DNA of 64,000 nt from Candidatus Latescibacterota bacterium (GCA_965248435.1 OZ252100.1:2016001-2080000), one strand, 5' to 3'; positions 20,409 through 30,007 are shown, counted from the first letter of the stretch. Numbers and translations: made by a program. Notes: generated from the letters alone by a model not told the origin.

Positions 20409-21428
20409 TTACACTACCCTAGCCATCCCCTCCTTCACCAACTCTCCATTCAGAAATCTCCCATTCTCGGCGACCTCCGCTGGATCCTCAGTCTCCGTAG
20501 AGTAAAACACATCCGCCAGGTACCGTCCATACTTATCCGGCCGCGTCGTCCGAACCGCAATACCACTCGAGTTTTCAAGCCGGTCCACCACAAACGCCTT
20601 CGCGACCTGACCCGCTCGCGTCCACAACTCGGGCGTGTCGATCCCGCGGAGCCGCAGCTTCTGTCTTGTCCACGTCTGGAATCCCAGGTCCAACTTCGCT
20701 CTGATCGTGTCGCCATCGATCACGTTTATGAGAGTAGCGCGATACATATACAGGTGGCTCCGCGATCCCTCGTGCACCAGCGCAAACGTGTTTCCCCTCC
20801 TGTCCGACCTGACGATTCCGTTCGCTGGAAGCCCTTTGCTTCCCGCCGCTTCCCATTCCCTGTAGACCTCAAACCCCAGATCCACGGAAGCCCTTCCTCG
20901 ATCCACAACCGTCTGGTAGTGATAAAGCCGTCCCCGACGCGTCCTCAACCGGCCTGTTTCGCCCGCAAAAGGGCTCGGATCGTCCCGGTAGGCCGAATAT
21001 GCATCCGCCCGGATCCTGGCCTGCAATTCCCGAACCCCCCACCCCTGGCTCTCCGCCTCCCGGGAATAGTAGTGGAAAGCCATAAGGTTTCCTACTCCAA
21101 GAAGCCGCCGATAGTGAGACCAGCTTAATTGTGCCCCCGGGGGCACAATTGGAAACGTCCGGTAGAGATCGATCACCTCGTAGATCACCCTCTTTCGCAG
21201 CCCGATCCTCCCCTCGAGCTCCCCGACCACATAGGCCCCGTACTCCTCCCTGCCGTCTGCATCCAGATGCGCCGCAATCTCACGCCCAAGAGCCCAGTAC
21301 GTGCGCACCCTCTCGTATTCGACCGCCGAGCGAGCCCGATTCTTGCCCTCCTCGAGAATCTCGAGCGCCCGCTCCGCCAGAGCGTCCAATTCGCGAACCG
21401 CTACCAGTGTTGTCATTTCATGGCCCAA
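20409..21428 (-). CDS. DUF1016 (YhcG) N-terminal domain fused to a thermonuclease (SNase) domain
   Basis: TYWALGREI...YGAYVV...QLSWSHY...WGVRELQARI (DUF1016_N); VIDGDT...KLRLRGIDTPE...DKYGRYLA...NGELVKEGMA (SNase). Confidence 0.85.
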   Translation of the reverse strand: MGHEMTTLVAVRELDALAERALEILEEGKNRARSAVEYERVRTYWALGREIAAHLDADGREEYGAYVVGELEGRIGLRKRVIYEVIDLYRTFPIVPPGAQLSWSHYRRLLGVGNLMAFHYYSREAESQGWGVRELQARIRADAYSAYRDDPSPFAGETGRLRTRRGRLYHYQTVVDRGRASVDLGFEVYREWEAAGSKGLPANGIVRSDRRGNTFALVHEGSRSHLYMYRATLINVIDGDTIRAKLDLGFQTWTRQKLRLRGIDTPELWTRAGQVAKAFVVDRLENSSGIAVRTTRPDKYGRYLADVFYSTETEDPAEVAENGRFLNGELVKEGMARVV

Positions 21429-21442
21429 AACATACGGTAGAA

Positions 21443-21645
21443 GCCAACTCCCGTTGGCGACAATGAGAATCTCGACTTAATCCTCGCCACTTCCAGAGCC
21501 AACTCCAGTTGGCGACCGAGAGGATCGCGCCTTAATCTTCGCCATCCCCTTGGCCAACTCCCGTTGGCGACAATGAGAATCTCGACTCAATCCTCGCCAC
21601 TTCCAGAGCCAACTCTGTTGGCGACCACAAAGATCGCGACCTACT
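21443..21645. repeat. Four tandem 55-bp units, each with a GCCAAC-N3/4-GTTGGC hairpin, in a 110-bp higher-order A-B-A-B' pattern
   Basis: GCCAACTC starts at 21443, 21498, 21553 and 21608. Confidence 0.85.
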
Positions 21646-21652
21646 GTACGCC

Positions 21653-21683
21653 AAAAAAAGGCCCGACACAATAATGTCGGGCA
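21653..21683 (-). terminator. Intrinsic terminator after the HU/IHF gene
   Basis: Minus strand GCCCGACA-loop-TGTCGGGC-C-TTTTTTT. Confidence 0.7.
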
Positions 21684-21764
21684 CCTCTCCGAAGCTTCCT
21701 TGCAACATCAATATGTGACTCAGCAGAACGCATCTGCGTTCGATCCCACCTGAAGACTTCGTGC

Positions 21765-22094
21765 CTACCCAGGCGATGCCAGGGGTTGCTTCAGGGCCTC
21801 TTTCAACAACTTTCCAGGCCTGAAATGCACCTTCCTCCGAGCAGGAACGTTGACCACATCACCCGTCCTGGGGTTGCGTGCATTGGGTCTTGCATTCGTC
21901 ACCCTAACCGTGAAGGCACCCAGCCCACGAAGCTCGATCCGGTCCCCACGAACAACCGATTCTGACAGAGCCTCCACGCAGCAGTCCACAAGTCTCTTTG
22001 CCAGAAACTTGGTCAATCCCAAATCGCTGGCAACAATTTGTGCCAGATCTGCTTTTGTCGTCGTAGCCAAGGCGCCCTCGCAAGAAGATTTCAC
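21765..22094 (-). CDS. HU/IHF-family DNA-binding protein
   Basis: TKADL...IELRGLGAF...ARNPRTG...VHFRPGK; start may be ~8 codons downstream. Confidence 0.92.
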   Translation of the reverse strand: MKSSCEGALATTTKADLAQIVASDLGLTKFLAKRLVDCCVEALSESVVRGDRIELRGLGAFTVRVTNARPNARNPRTGDVVNVPARRKVHFRPGKLLKEALKQPLASPG

Positions 22095-22192
22095 AATATA
22101 GTCGCTAGGAAGGAACTTTCAAAGCAAACCAGAAAGGTGCAAGGACGGGTCATTCTAACCTCCCCGGTTTTCATTGCGCACCGTCTCTCAAA

Positions 22193-22702
22193 TCAGTCGG
22201 AAAACGATAGGCATAGGAGCCAGGTCAAGATGAATAGAATGCACAAAGCGCCTGCTTCTAACGAAACCATACTCGACGAAGTTGAAAACGTGAGAACCCA
22301 ATCATCGAGAGATAGAAGTAACTTTTTAGGTACGATCTCGGTGAATATCTCCGTCACACTCCTAAAGAATGATACCCACTTGGCTTGCGCGGACCACTCA
22401 CTGACACCAAACAACAGGGCCCCGAAAGATGCTGCGTATGCTAATATTTGTAATAGCAAAGCATCGTCTCTTGTCGGCACTTTTTCCCTTCTTAGCCGTG
22501 CTAGCGTCCTTTGCGTGAAGTCAACTGAGGGCATCTTTAGGGGTCCGGTGTATAAAGCCTCGTCAAGCCTGCGCATTCCTTCCAGTTCCTGAGCACAATC
22601 AGAGCAACTGTCCAGGTGGTTTTCGAAGATCTCTTCATCTGGCTCGCTCAGTGAGCCATTCAAGTAATCTTCTACTAGGGGGCGACAATCACTGCAATTC
22701 AT
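22193..22702 (-). CDS. zf-HC2 anti-sigma factor
   Basis: HLDSCSDC motif plus TM segments. Confidence 0.85.
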   Translation of the reverse strand: MNCSDCRPLVEDYLNGSLSEPDEEIFENHLDSCSDCAQELEGMRRLDEALYTGPLKMPSVDFTQRTLARLRREKVPTRDDALLLQILAYAASFGALLFGVSEWSAQAKWVSFFRSVTEIFTEIVPKKLLLSLDDWVLTFSTSSSMVSLEAGALCILFILTWLLCLSFSD

Positions 22703-23265
22703 TATCCAATATCCCCTTCATCCAGAATACATTCTTTCAGATACTGTTTCGCTCTATAGAGATAAGTCTTGACCGTCCCTACTGGCAACTCCATAACTTC
22801 GGCGATTTCCAAATAACTTTTGTCGAGTAGGTAATAGAGAGTTAGGGCCATTCGATAGTGCGGCGGCAGCTTGCCTAGCCAATGCTCAAGATCCTCTCTA
22901 GAATCCACTCTATCAAAATCTTTGTCTAGGGTATACACAGAAGCGCGCCCCCCCTCGGCGACTTCCGTATTGTCATCAAGCGATACAAAGGCCTGACTGC
23001 GGTAGGGCCGCTGCAACTCCTCTAGACAGACTCGATACGCAATTTGATAGATCCAGGTCGATAGTTTCGCGTTTCCCCTGAATGCCCGGAGACCGCGGTA
23101 TACCCTGATGAATACCTCCTGAGCCAAATCCTCTGTTATTTCACTGTCGTGAACCATGCGGTCCGCTATATTGAACACCATTACTTTGTACCGGTCGATG
23201 AGTTCGGCAAAGGCATCTTCATCGCCGAGGACGCATCGTCTGATCAGATCCTGCTCATCGGACAC
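22702..23265 (-). CDS. ECF RNA polymerase sigma factor (SigW-like)
   Basis: EDLAQEVFIRVY, STWIYQIA, SYLEIAEVMELPVGTVKT. Confidence 0.93.
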   Translation of the reverse strand: MSDEQDLIRRCVLGDEDAFAELIDRYKVMVFNIADRMVHDSEITEDLAQEVFIRVYRGLRAFRGNAKLSTWIYQIAYRVCLEELQRPYRSQAFVSLDDNTEVAEGGRASVYTLDKDFDRVDSREDLEHWLGKLPPHYRMALTLYYLLDKSYLEIAEVMELPVGTVKTYLYRAKQYLKECILDEGDIG

Positions 23266-23307
23266 AGCATAGTCCCGGCCAGGAGGTTTGACTTTCCATT
23301 ACAATAT

Positions 23308-23383
23308 ATGTGCCCCTCAATTGAAAGAAAGTTTCAACAAAATCAAGAAAAGTGAAACAAATTGCTGATCTAGGCCCTCTTAT
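23308..23383. promoter_or_regulatory. Possible divergent ECF-type promoters
   Basis: TGAAAC on both strands (23353-23358 +; 23331-23336 -) between the sigma gene and the divergent operon; -10 boxes only weakly supported. Confidence 0.35.
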
Positions 23384-23448
23384 GGAACAGATAGACTGTC
23401 TCACAGGCTTCTCATTACTGCAGTGGGCCCTTAAGCAGGAGAGCAACG

Positions 23449-23826
23449 ATGGAAGATGAGATTGCAGTTCTAATTCCCCTTCTGATCCCAATTGCTATTA
23501 TTGTTGGGATCTTCTTGTATCTAATTCTGAAACATCGTTATCGGAAAGAGATATTCATCGCTGCCATTGAGAAAGGCGCATCCGTACCGGATATGACTGA
23601 AACACCGCGGGATCTACGGAAACCAGCACTGGTGCTTATTGCCCTCGGGCTAGGGTTCACTATTGCGACCTACGTAACTTTGAGCTATGTGAGCGATTCA
23701 GATGTGCCCGCACCCCTGCAGGTCAGCATCTGGGGAATTGTGCCAATTCTGATCGGACTGGCACTCTTGAAGTACAAACAGCTTGCAGATAAGGATCACA
23801 GATCGGAGAATGCGTTGACATCTTGA
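23449..23826 (+). CDS. Small membrane protein (DUF6249-like)
   Basis: TM-AAIEKG-TM-TM pattern typical of ECF-linked proteins. Confidence 0.65.
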   Translation: MEDEIAVLIPLLIPIAIIVGIFLYLILKHRYRKEIFIAAIEKGASVPDMTETPRDLRKPALVLIALGLGFTIATYVTLSYVSDSDVPAPLQVSIWGIVPILIGLALLKYKQLADKDHRSENALTS

Positions 23827-23916
23827 CCAGATCAGGTTCTCAGAAAGTGTGTTCCTCGTATCCACGAAGCAGAAAGCAGAACGGGCGTTAGCTGACCATA
23901 CAAGGAGAAAATTAGG

Positions 23917-24873
23917 ATGATAAAGCCCCATTGGATCATTCTCCCGGTGTGTCTTGGAATCGCATGCGCGTCCATTAGACCAACTGTGATTGAAGAACGG
24001 GTGGTAACCATTCCGCACGTTCCGAACTCGTTCCTTAGAGTGGAAGCGAAAAACGGCCATATATCCGTAATAAAGAAAGAAGGAAGCGATGTTCGTATCA
24101 CAGCAATCTTCAAAGCGATCACGGACGAGCGCCTAGAATCTGCCAGAATGCACGCACAACGCGTCGAGGGAGATACTCTAGTAGTAAACACAGATTGGCC
24201 GGACAGAAAGGGTAACGAAGGTGTCAATTTCGAAATAGAGATCTCAGATGTTGCCGGTCTCGAAGCTCACACTCAAAACGATAGGATATCGATCAGCAAT
24301 CTATCTGGGGGAGCGATACTGAGGACTTCCAACGGTCGCATTGAAATCTACAATCAAGATGGACCTGTGATCGCCGAAACCTCCAACGGTTGGATCAGAG
24401 CTGACAGCCTATCTGGGCAAGCGATACTGAGGACTTCCAACGGTCGCATTGAAATCTACAATCAAGATGGACCTGTGATCGCCAGAACCTCCAACGGTTG
24501 GATCAGAGCTGACAGGGTTACGGGTTCTATTGTCGCCAGAACCTCGAATGATCGCATAGAAATTTCCAATGCTCACCAGTCCGTAAATGCGAGAACTTCC
24601 AATGGTCAAATAGACATTTCGTTGAATGACACGGCTCCCGGCCCGGTGTTGGCACGAACATCGAATAGCGACATCACTCTTGAGGTTGGGGTGGGATTCG
24701 TGGGAAAATTGAGTTTGCTTGCGGGAGAACGCGCAATAATCGACGAACCTCTTCAGGAAAAGAAAATCGACAAAACTTCTGGGGCAGACTTGCTGGATTT
24801 TGGTGATGGCGACGATTCAAACCTTGAGACAAACGGTAACATATACCTCAAGTCGCTCAACTTCGAAGATTAG
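23917..24873 (+). CDS. DUF4097 beta-strand-repeat protein (possible lipoprotein)
   Basis: Repeated RTSNGxI units; near-identical 108-bp duplication 24301-24408/24409-24516. Confidence 0.8.
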   Translation: MIKPHWIILPVCLGIACASIRPTVIEERVVTIPHVPNSFLRVEAKNGHISVIKKEGSDVRITAIFKAITDERLESARMHAQRVEGDTLVVNTDWPDRKGNEGVNFEIEISDVAGLEAHTQNDRISISNLSGGAILRTSNGRIEIYNQDGPVIAETSNGWIRADSLSGQAILRTSNGRIEIYNQDGPVIARTSNGWIRADRVTGSIVARTSNDRIEISNAHQSVNARTSNGQIDISLNDTAPGPVLARTSNSDITLEVGVGFVGKLSLLAGERAIIDEPLQEKKIDKTSGADLLDFGDGDDSNLETNGNIYLKSLNFED

Positions 24874-24957
24874 GCCAACCGACCTGTAGGCATCTAGCTC
24901 GCCTTATCAGCAGGTTTACGTGCAATAAAGAGACCAGATCAAGATCTGAATGACTGC

Positions 24958-24986
24958 TTGACTATCTTTATGGACCTGCTTATCAT
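24958..24986 (+). promoter_or_regulatory. Sigma70-type promoter upstream of the RIO1 leader
   Basis: TTGACT-N17-TATCAT. Confidence 0.65.
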
Positions 24987-25050
24987 ATTTTGGACATAGA
25001 TTCCTGTACTGTTAGTCAAATTTTCTTGTACACGAAAGGGGGGATGCGAA

Positions 25051-25098
25051 GTGAAGTACACATATCTGACAGTCGCGTCCCCGGGTGGTTCTATGTAG
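25051..25098 (+). CDS. Putative leader peptide MKYTYLTVASPGGSM
   Basis: GAAAGGGGGG SD-like run; lies between the promoter and a terminator that precedes the RIO1 gene. Confidence 0.45.
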   Translation: MKYTYLTVASPGGSM

Positions 25099-25156
25099 AC
25101 TCTAATTCACAGGCCCGAACTATGTAAGCTCTAGTGTTCAGGCCAAATGTAGAGTT

Positions 25157-25190
25157 GGAGGTTGTCCTTCGGGGACGGCCTCCTTTTTTT
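25157..25190 (+). terminator. Leader (attenuator) terminator 26 nt upstream of the RIO1 start
   Basis: GGAGGTTGTCC-ttcgg-GGACGGCCTCC-TTTTTTT. Confidence 0.8.
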
Positions 25191-25216
25191 GTGCTCGAAA
25201 TCAAAAGGGAATCTCA

Positions 25217-25987
25217 ATGAATTTCAATTTTGACGCTTCAGACTTTCAACGAGCCTGGCTGCAGCGTGCTTTGGGAGAGTTTCATGAGGATGGATGGTTC
25301 ACCGAGATCCTTTATCTGGCAAAGGGCGGCAAAGAGGCCAATGTATACTGCTGCAAGGCTAATCCAGAGACAGGTTACGACTTGATCGCGGCAAAGGTCT
25401 ACCGGCATCGGAGACTTCGATCAATGAAGAATTATGCCATCTACAGGGAGGGCAGGCATATCACAAGCGACAAGCGAGAATTGCGGGCTCTGAAGAAGAA
25501 AACGAGGCTGGGCAAAAGTCTTGAAGACGGTGCCTGGATCAAACACGAGTTCGAGACGATTGCCCGGCTTTACGATATGGGGGCGAATGTGCCCGAACCC
25601 CTGGCAAAGGGTGGCACAGCATCGTTGATGGAATATATCGGGGATGAACACGGAGCAGCGCCCCTTTTGCACGAGACTACCCTCGAATCTGGCAAAGCCC
25701 AGGGTTTTTTCGACCTCCTGATTCACAACGTCGAGATCTTTCTGGCTTGCGACTTGATACACGGAGACCTCTCAGCCTTCAATGTTCTGTGTTGGCAAGA
25801 CGATTTCAAGGTCATCGACTTCCCCCAGGCGGTCGACCCGGTTCTGAATCCCAGCGCCTTTCCAATGCTGGTGCGGGATGTCGAAAGACTGTGCCAGTAC
25901 TTCTCACGATATGGCGTCGAGGCCAACTACGTTGACCTTGCAGCAGACTTGTGGGAACGGTTTAGGAGGAGGGAACTAACAGTGTGA
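25217..25987 (+). CDS. RIO1-family kinase/ATPase
   Basis: GGKEANVY, AAKVY, MEYIG, IHGDLSAFNVL, IDFPQ, RDVE. Confidence 0.9.
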   Translation: MNFNFDASDFQRAWLQRALGEFHEDGWFTEILYLAKGGKEANVYCCKANPETGYDLIAAKVYRHRRLRSMKNYAIYREGRHITSDKRELRALKKKTRLGKSLEDGAWIKHEFETIARLYDMGANVPEPLAKGGTASLMEYIGDEHGAAPLLHETTLESGKAQGFFDLLIHNVEIFLACDLIHGDLSAFNVLCWQDDFKVIDFPQAVDPVLNPSAFPMLVRDVERLCQYFSRYGVEANYVDLAADLWERFRRRELTV

Positions 25988-26165
25988 GGCAAACAACGCA
26001 CCTTCCAGACAAAAGGAGAACAGCCTATGAATGTGAGTCAAAGTGGTGAGATGAGTGGGTTGAAGTCGCACCCAGCAAATGTCCCAATTAGCGGAAGTCG
26101 CCTTTGCCCCTCGGGAATAGGCAAACCCAATGAAAATCTAAAGAGCCGAGAAGGAGGAATTGCCA

Positions 26166-27116
26166 ATGGCCTTGCTCGTTGAACAGGATCACACTACGCA
26201 TATGGAGCAGCTTAGAGAAGTTGCGAATCGGATCCTTCCCCTGCTCTGCTATGCGGACAAAGAGATCGCAAGATTTGTCGACACCAACCAGGAAAGGACC
26301 CGTGGGTGTTTCTATCGACTCGAACTCCCGGACGGACTGGCATCGCTGGTGCGGACGACCGAAAGCGGGTCAGCTGTCACATACATAATCCCGTCGGACT
26401 GGAAGGCGCGGTACCAGCTTATCCAGGCCGCGGTGGAGACCATCAAAACAGAATCCCAGCGACAAGGTGTATCCCAACTCTTCACAGGCATTGTGGAAAA
26501 TGTGCCATCGCACAACGGCTACTATGCAGGAATGCTGCCGCTTTTGGGTTTTGAGATGGCGGCTTATGTAAGGCTCGTCGCTCCTTTCGGTGTTCTCGAC
26601 GCGCTCGATCTACCCCAACTTCCTGACGGCATCGAAGAAGCCCGGTTTTCGGAAGAAAGGCTGTCCCAGGTCGCCGACGTATGGTACGAGGCAGAAATTG
26701 AACACTATCCCGACTGGTCGGAGCGGGAAAAGGAGCAAAAAAGAGCCAACTGCCTTCGGGATGTCGAGCAATACTCAAAACACGAGGATAAAATCAAAAC
26801 CTCGACGACCTTGCTGCACGAGGGTCGAGTCATAGGATTCAGCGTGGGATCGGAGTGTCGCAGTTCGGAGACACTGGATGTCCTGGAGTTGCACGTCGCA
26901 CCAGCATTTCAAGGACGAAGACTAGGACGCTACCTGTGTATCAGGTGCATGCAAAAACTACATCAATGCTTCGCCGAACCGGACTGGCGTTTCATGCTTG
27001 GCACTTTCCGCGAACGGCTTCCCGCAATGAGGCTTTATTCAAGCCTCGGGTTTCGCCTGGACGACAAAGACCCATCGGTGATCATTTATGCTACCTGCAA
27101 GCTCACGACAAATTAA
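26166..27116 (+). CDS. GNAT acetyltransferase
   Basis: VAPAFQGRRLGR...AMRLYSSLGF. Confidence 0.8.
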   Translation: MALLVEQDHTTHMEQLREVANRILPLLCYADKEIARFVDTNQERTRGCFYRLELPDGLASLVRTTESGSAVTYIIPSDWKARYQLIQAAVETIKTESQRQGVSQLFTGIVENVPSHNGYYAGMLPLLGFEMAAYVRLVAPFGVLDALDLPQLPDGIEEARFSEERLSQVADVWYEAEIEHYPDWSEREKEQKRANCLRDVEQYSKHEDKIKTSTTLLHEGRVIGFSVGSECRSSETLDVLELHVAPAFQGRRLGRYLCIRCMQKLHQCFAEPDWRFMLGTFRERLPAMRLYSSLGFRLDDKDPSVIIYATCKLTTN

Positions 27117-27120
27117 TGAA

Positions 27121-28038
27121 TCAGGGAAGTAAATCACTTTCACTATTTGACCTAAACCAGGTTATAAAGCTTGCAAGTTCTTCTGCCCATTTCTTAGTCA
27201 TGTTCCTTATGAATAAGGGCCCATTGCTAGGATGATTCATCCAATACTCCAAGAGTATCACTCGGTAATGTAGAAAGTTATCGATACGACAAGCGTCGTA
27301 CTGCACTAAATCCTGCCCGCAATTCATCTCCTTGATGAAGTTTTCTTTAAATCTAACAAATGGAGTTAAATCTTCAGAATTTCGGAAGTCGAATAACACC
27401 ATGTAGAGAGTGTTAGCTATATCATAGTCATACCAATGGTACGAGATGTCGTCGAAATCAAATATCCTGATTTGCCTCCCGCTGATAAGCACATTCGAAG
27501 TGTTGTAGTCACCGTGGATAATACCAAAGGACTCTTGGTGCCTTGGCAGCTCATCAATCCAAGTGAGAATCTTTGAATGCTCATCTCTTCTTGAAGCTGG
27601 TTCTATCTTGTAGAATGATGAATCCACAGCACTTCTTCGTGGCAAAGTTTCAGCCAATTTTCGACTTAGGACATGGATTTCCCTTAAGCCTCTTGCGAAT
27701 AACTTAACTTCATCCTGATTGTTAGTAGAGGGTTGATGTCCCAATGCCCTTTCAAAGCAACAGACAGTTAAGCACTCATCTGCCTTTATTTCTACAAAGT
27801 AGCCACCTTGCAAAGTTGGAATTGGACAGCAAACGATTGTAGTAAAGTTCAACAAATACCGCAGGAATTGTATTTCGGCATCAATCTCCTCTGCCGATCG
27901 ATGTTTTTCAGGGGTTATCCGAAATATGACTTGCCTGCCAGCTACATCTGCCGAGTAGACTGAATTTTGACTTTTTCGAAGGAACTGGAAGTGAGCAATC
28001 TCTCCATAAAGTTGAATCAGGCGATTCAATAATTCCAT
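27121..28038 (-). CDS. APH/homoserine-kinase-type phosphotransferase
   Basis: IIHGDYNTSNV, IFDFDD; visibly AT-richer than the core region. Confidence 0.85.
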   Translation of the reverse strand: MELLNRLIQLYGEIAHFQFLRKSQNSVYSADVAGRQVIFRITPEKHRSAEEIDAEIQFLRYLLNFTTIVCCPIPTLQGGYFVEIKADECLTVCCFERALGHQPSTNNQDEVKLFARGLREIHVLSRKLAETLPRRSAVDSSFYKIEPASRRDEHSKILTWIDELPRHQESFGIIHGDYNTSNVLISGRQIRIFDFDDISYHWYDYDIANTLYMVLFDFRNSEDLTPFVRFKENFIKEMNCGQDLVQYDACRIDNFLHYRVILLEYWMNHPSNGPLFIRNMTKKWAEELASFITWFRSNSESDLLP

Positions 28039-28098
28039 CTAAAGACTCTTTCGCGTGATCGCATGTCGAGCACAAGGTGCCCTTATTTATAACGGTTA

Positions 28099-28145
28099 AT
28101 AGGACCAGGGACACCGCCATCCTCATAGGATTACGCCCCCGGCCG
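28099..28145. repeat. ~46-bp hairpin repeat, copy 1
   Basis: ATAGGACCAGGGACACCGCCATCCTCATAGGATTACGCCCCCGGCC. Confidence 0.7.
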
Positions 28146-28205
28146 TTCAACCCGGCAAATTCGACCCCTAGATCGCTGCCATGTCGCGATTACCAACAAA
28201 CAGAG

Positions 28206-29900
28206 TCAACGCTTGATTGTGCCACTCTGCAAGGACGCAAGTTCCTTGTCTATGAACCCAACAAGGTCTTCCAGCAATTGCGGCGTTATCCAAAGTGAAA
28301 TACCTGCCAATCTAAACAGCTCGGTCACTGGGACAGTGTTGCCTAATGCCATTGCTTGGCATAATTGATTCATCGTGAGTTCCGGATTTTGTGTGAACCG
28401 CTGCGATAGCTGCAAGGCCCCAACTTGCCCAAATAGATACTCTATCCAGTAGAATGGCGCGAAAAATAGGTGCGGAATCTCATATACCCATGTGTAAGGC
28501 TGGTACTTCTCAAGTCCTGACCAGTCAAAGTCGTGCCCGATCCTGCGGTCGAAGTCCAGCCAAGCTTGTTTGCGCTGCTCACTTGTGTGACCTGGGTTTA
28601 CGTGAAGCCAGTGCAGGAAGGCCTCGCCGCGGGCGGTGTAGACTAGATTATCCACGATGCCTTCGAGTTGAGCAATTCGCGCGCGTCTGGCGTCTACCTG
28701 ATCGTAAAACGTTCCTTTCCAGAAACGGCCTGAGATCAGTTGAATACCGTTGGCTACGGCTTCTGCGAACTCCAAGGGCACTTGCCGGTTCCACGTGAGA
28801 GGTTCATCACGACAAGCGTGAATATGGCAGACATGACCGAACTCATGTGCGATGCTCTCTATATCCCGATGGACGGATTTCGGGTTGTAGAAAATAAACC
28901 CCGAGCGGCGTTCTCTTAGAAACTGGCAATATCCAACAAAGTTTGCCTTGTCTGGTCGACGCTCCAGATCCATCTGACCCCGATCGACTATGAAATCCAG
29001 ATCTCGCATTAGATCAGGACAGATCGATCCGACCACCTTGCGCATACATTCAAGGAGTTCCTCAGGCGTTTCATATGGTCGAAGTGGATCACCTTTCTCG
29101 GCATCCACCCGAAGATCGCAAGGTCGTAGCGATTTCAACCCCATCGTCTTGGCGCGGCGAACGTCGATCTCTAACAAGTACGGTACTATCTGGTCTTCGA
29201 CAGCACCAACGAACTTTAGACAATCCTCCGGTGTGTAGTCAAACCGATTCAGTTGACGCCACCGAAACTCAAGGAAGTTTTCAAAACCGGCATTTCTGGC
29301 TATCTGGAGACGCAGCTCAAGCATCGAATCAAGCACAGAGTCCAGCGAATCGTAGTCATCTGACTGACGCTTCACCATTTTGGCGAATGTGGCTTCCCGT
29401 TGTTCTCTATTTGGGTTCTGATAGTCGCAAGTTGCCTCCTGTGCGTTTCTCACTTTGTAAAATTCAGCAACGAGTTTGTCACACTTTGCTTCGAGGTCAA
29501 CATTCTTTGGATTGAAAATCGAAACTTGACTCCTAAATCGTTTCAGGAACTGGGCGCAGTCTTGTGGAAGCTCTCCCACCTGCGGATGGTTGACCACCTT
29601 CTTCTGGAAGGCTGCAAAGAAGGGCTTGATCTTCGGTTCAATTTGCTCCTTCCACTGGAGGTAGTCGCGACGTATCTCTTCGTCTCGGGTGTTCTGATCC
29701 TTTGCGATTTCTCGCAGAACCCGATACTCATCCAAAGCGTCTTCGACCTCGCTCCAGTCCTGCATCCACTCATTCAAAGACTTGAGATCAGGGACTTCCC
29801 TGGAGAGTAATTCCGATAGGACCGGCTCGATTTCAGACCAGGTTGTCGGCCCGAAAGAAGCCTTCAGATATGTGCGAGGGTACTCCTGCCAAGTGGTCAT
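28206..29900 (-). CDS. M3-family oligoendopeptidase F-like
   Basis: AHEFGH, PLEFAE, PHLFFAPFYWIEY. Confidence 0.9.
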   Translation of the reverse strand: MTTWQEYPRTYLKASFGPTTWSEIEPVLSELLSREVPDLKSLNEWMQDWSEVEDALDEYRVLREIAKDQNTRDEEIRRDYLQWKEQIEPKIKPFFAAFQKKVVNHPQVGELPQDCAQFLKRFRSQVSIFNPKNVDLEAKCDKLVAEFYKVRNAQEATCDYQNPNREQREATFAKMVKRQSDDYDSLDSVLDSMLELRLQIARNAGFENFLEFRWRQLNRFDYTPEDCLKFVGAVEDQIVPYLLEIDVRRAKTMGLKSLRPCDLRVDAEKGDPLRPYETPEELLECMRKVVGSICPDLMRDLDFIVDRGQMDLERRPDKANFVGYCQFLRERRSGFIFYNPKSVHRDIESIAHEFGHVCHIHACRDEPLTWNRQVPLEFAEAVANGIQLISGRFWKGTFYDQVDARRARIAQLEGIVDNLVYTARGEAFLHWLHVNPGHTSEQRKQAWLDFDRRIGHDFDWSGLEKYQPYTWVYEIPHLFFAPFYWIEYLFGQVGALQLSQRFTQNPELTMNQLCQAMALGNTVPVTELFRLAGISLWITPQLLEDLVGFIDKELASLQSGTIKR

Positions 29901-29961
29901 TTATGTGCCCGTGTACCTACTTTGCCAGACTCTGGATCGGTTATGTAGCGGCTGAGGGCTT

Positions 29962-30007
29962 ATAGGACCGGGGACGCCGCCATCCTCATGGTTTACGCCC
30001 CCGGCCC
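29962..30007. repeat. ~46-bp hairpin repeat, copy 2
   Basis: ATAGGACCGGGGACGCCGCCATCCTCATGGTTTACGCCCCCGGCC. Confidence 0.7.

Noticed and set aside
21443-21645. Possible CRISPR array (palindromic ~19-bp repeat with ~36-nt spacers)
   Set aside because: The 'spacers' resemble each other and repeat A-B-A-B', and there are no cas genes in the window; it is a tandem repeat.
26027-26182. 51-codon ORF with AAGGAG SD between RIO1 and the GNAT gene
   Set aside because: No recognisable motif and it overlaps the GNAT start; insufficient support.
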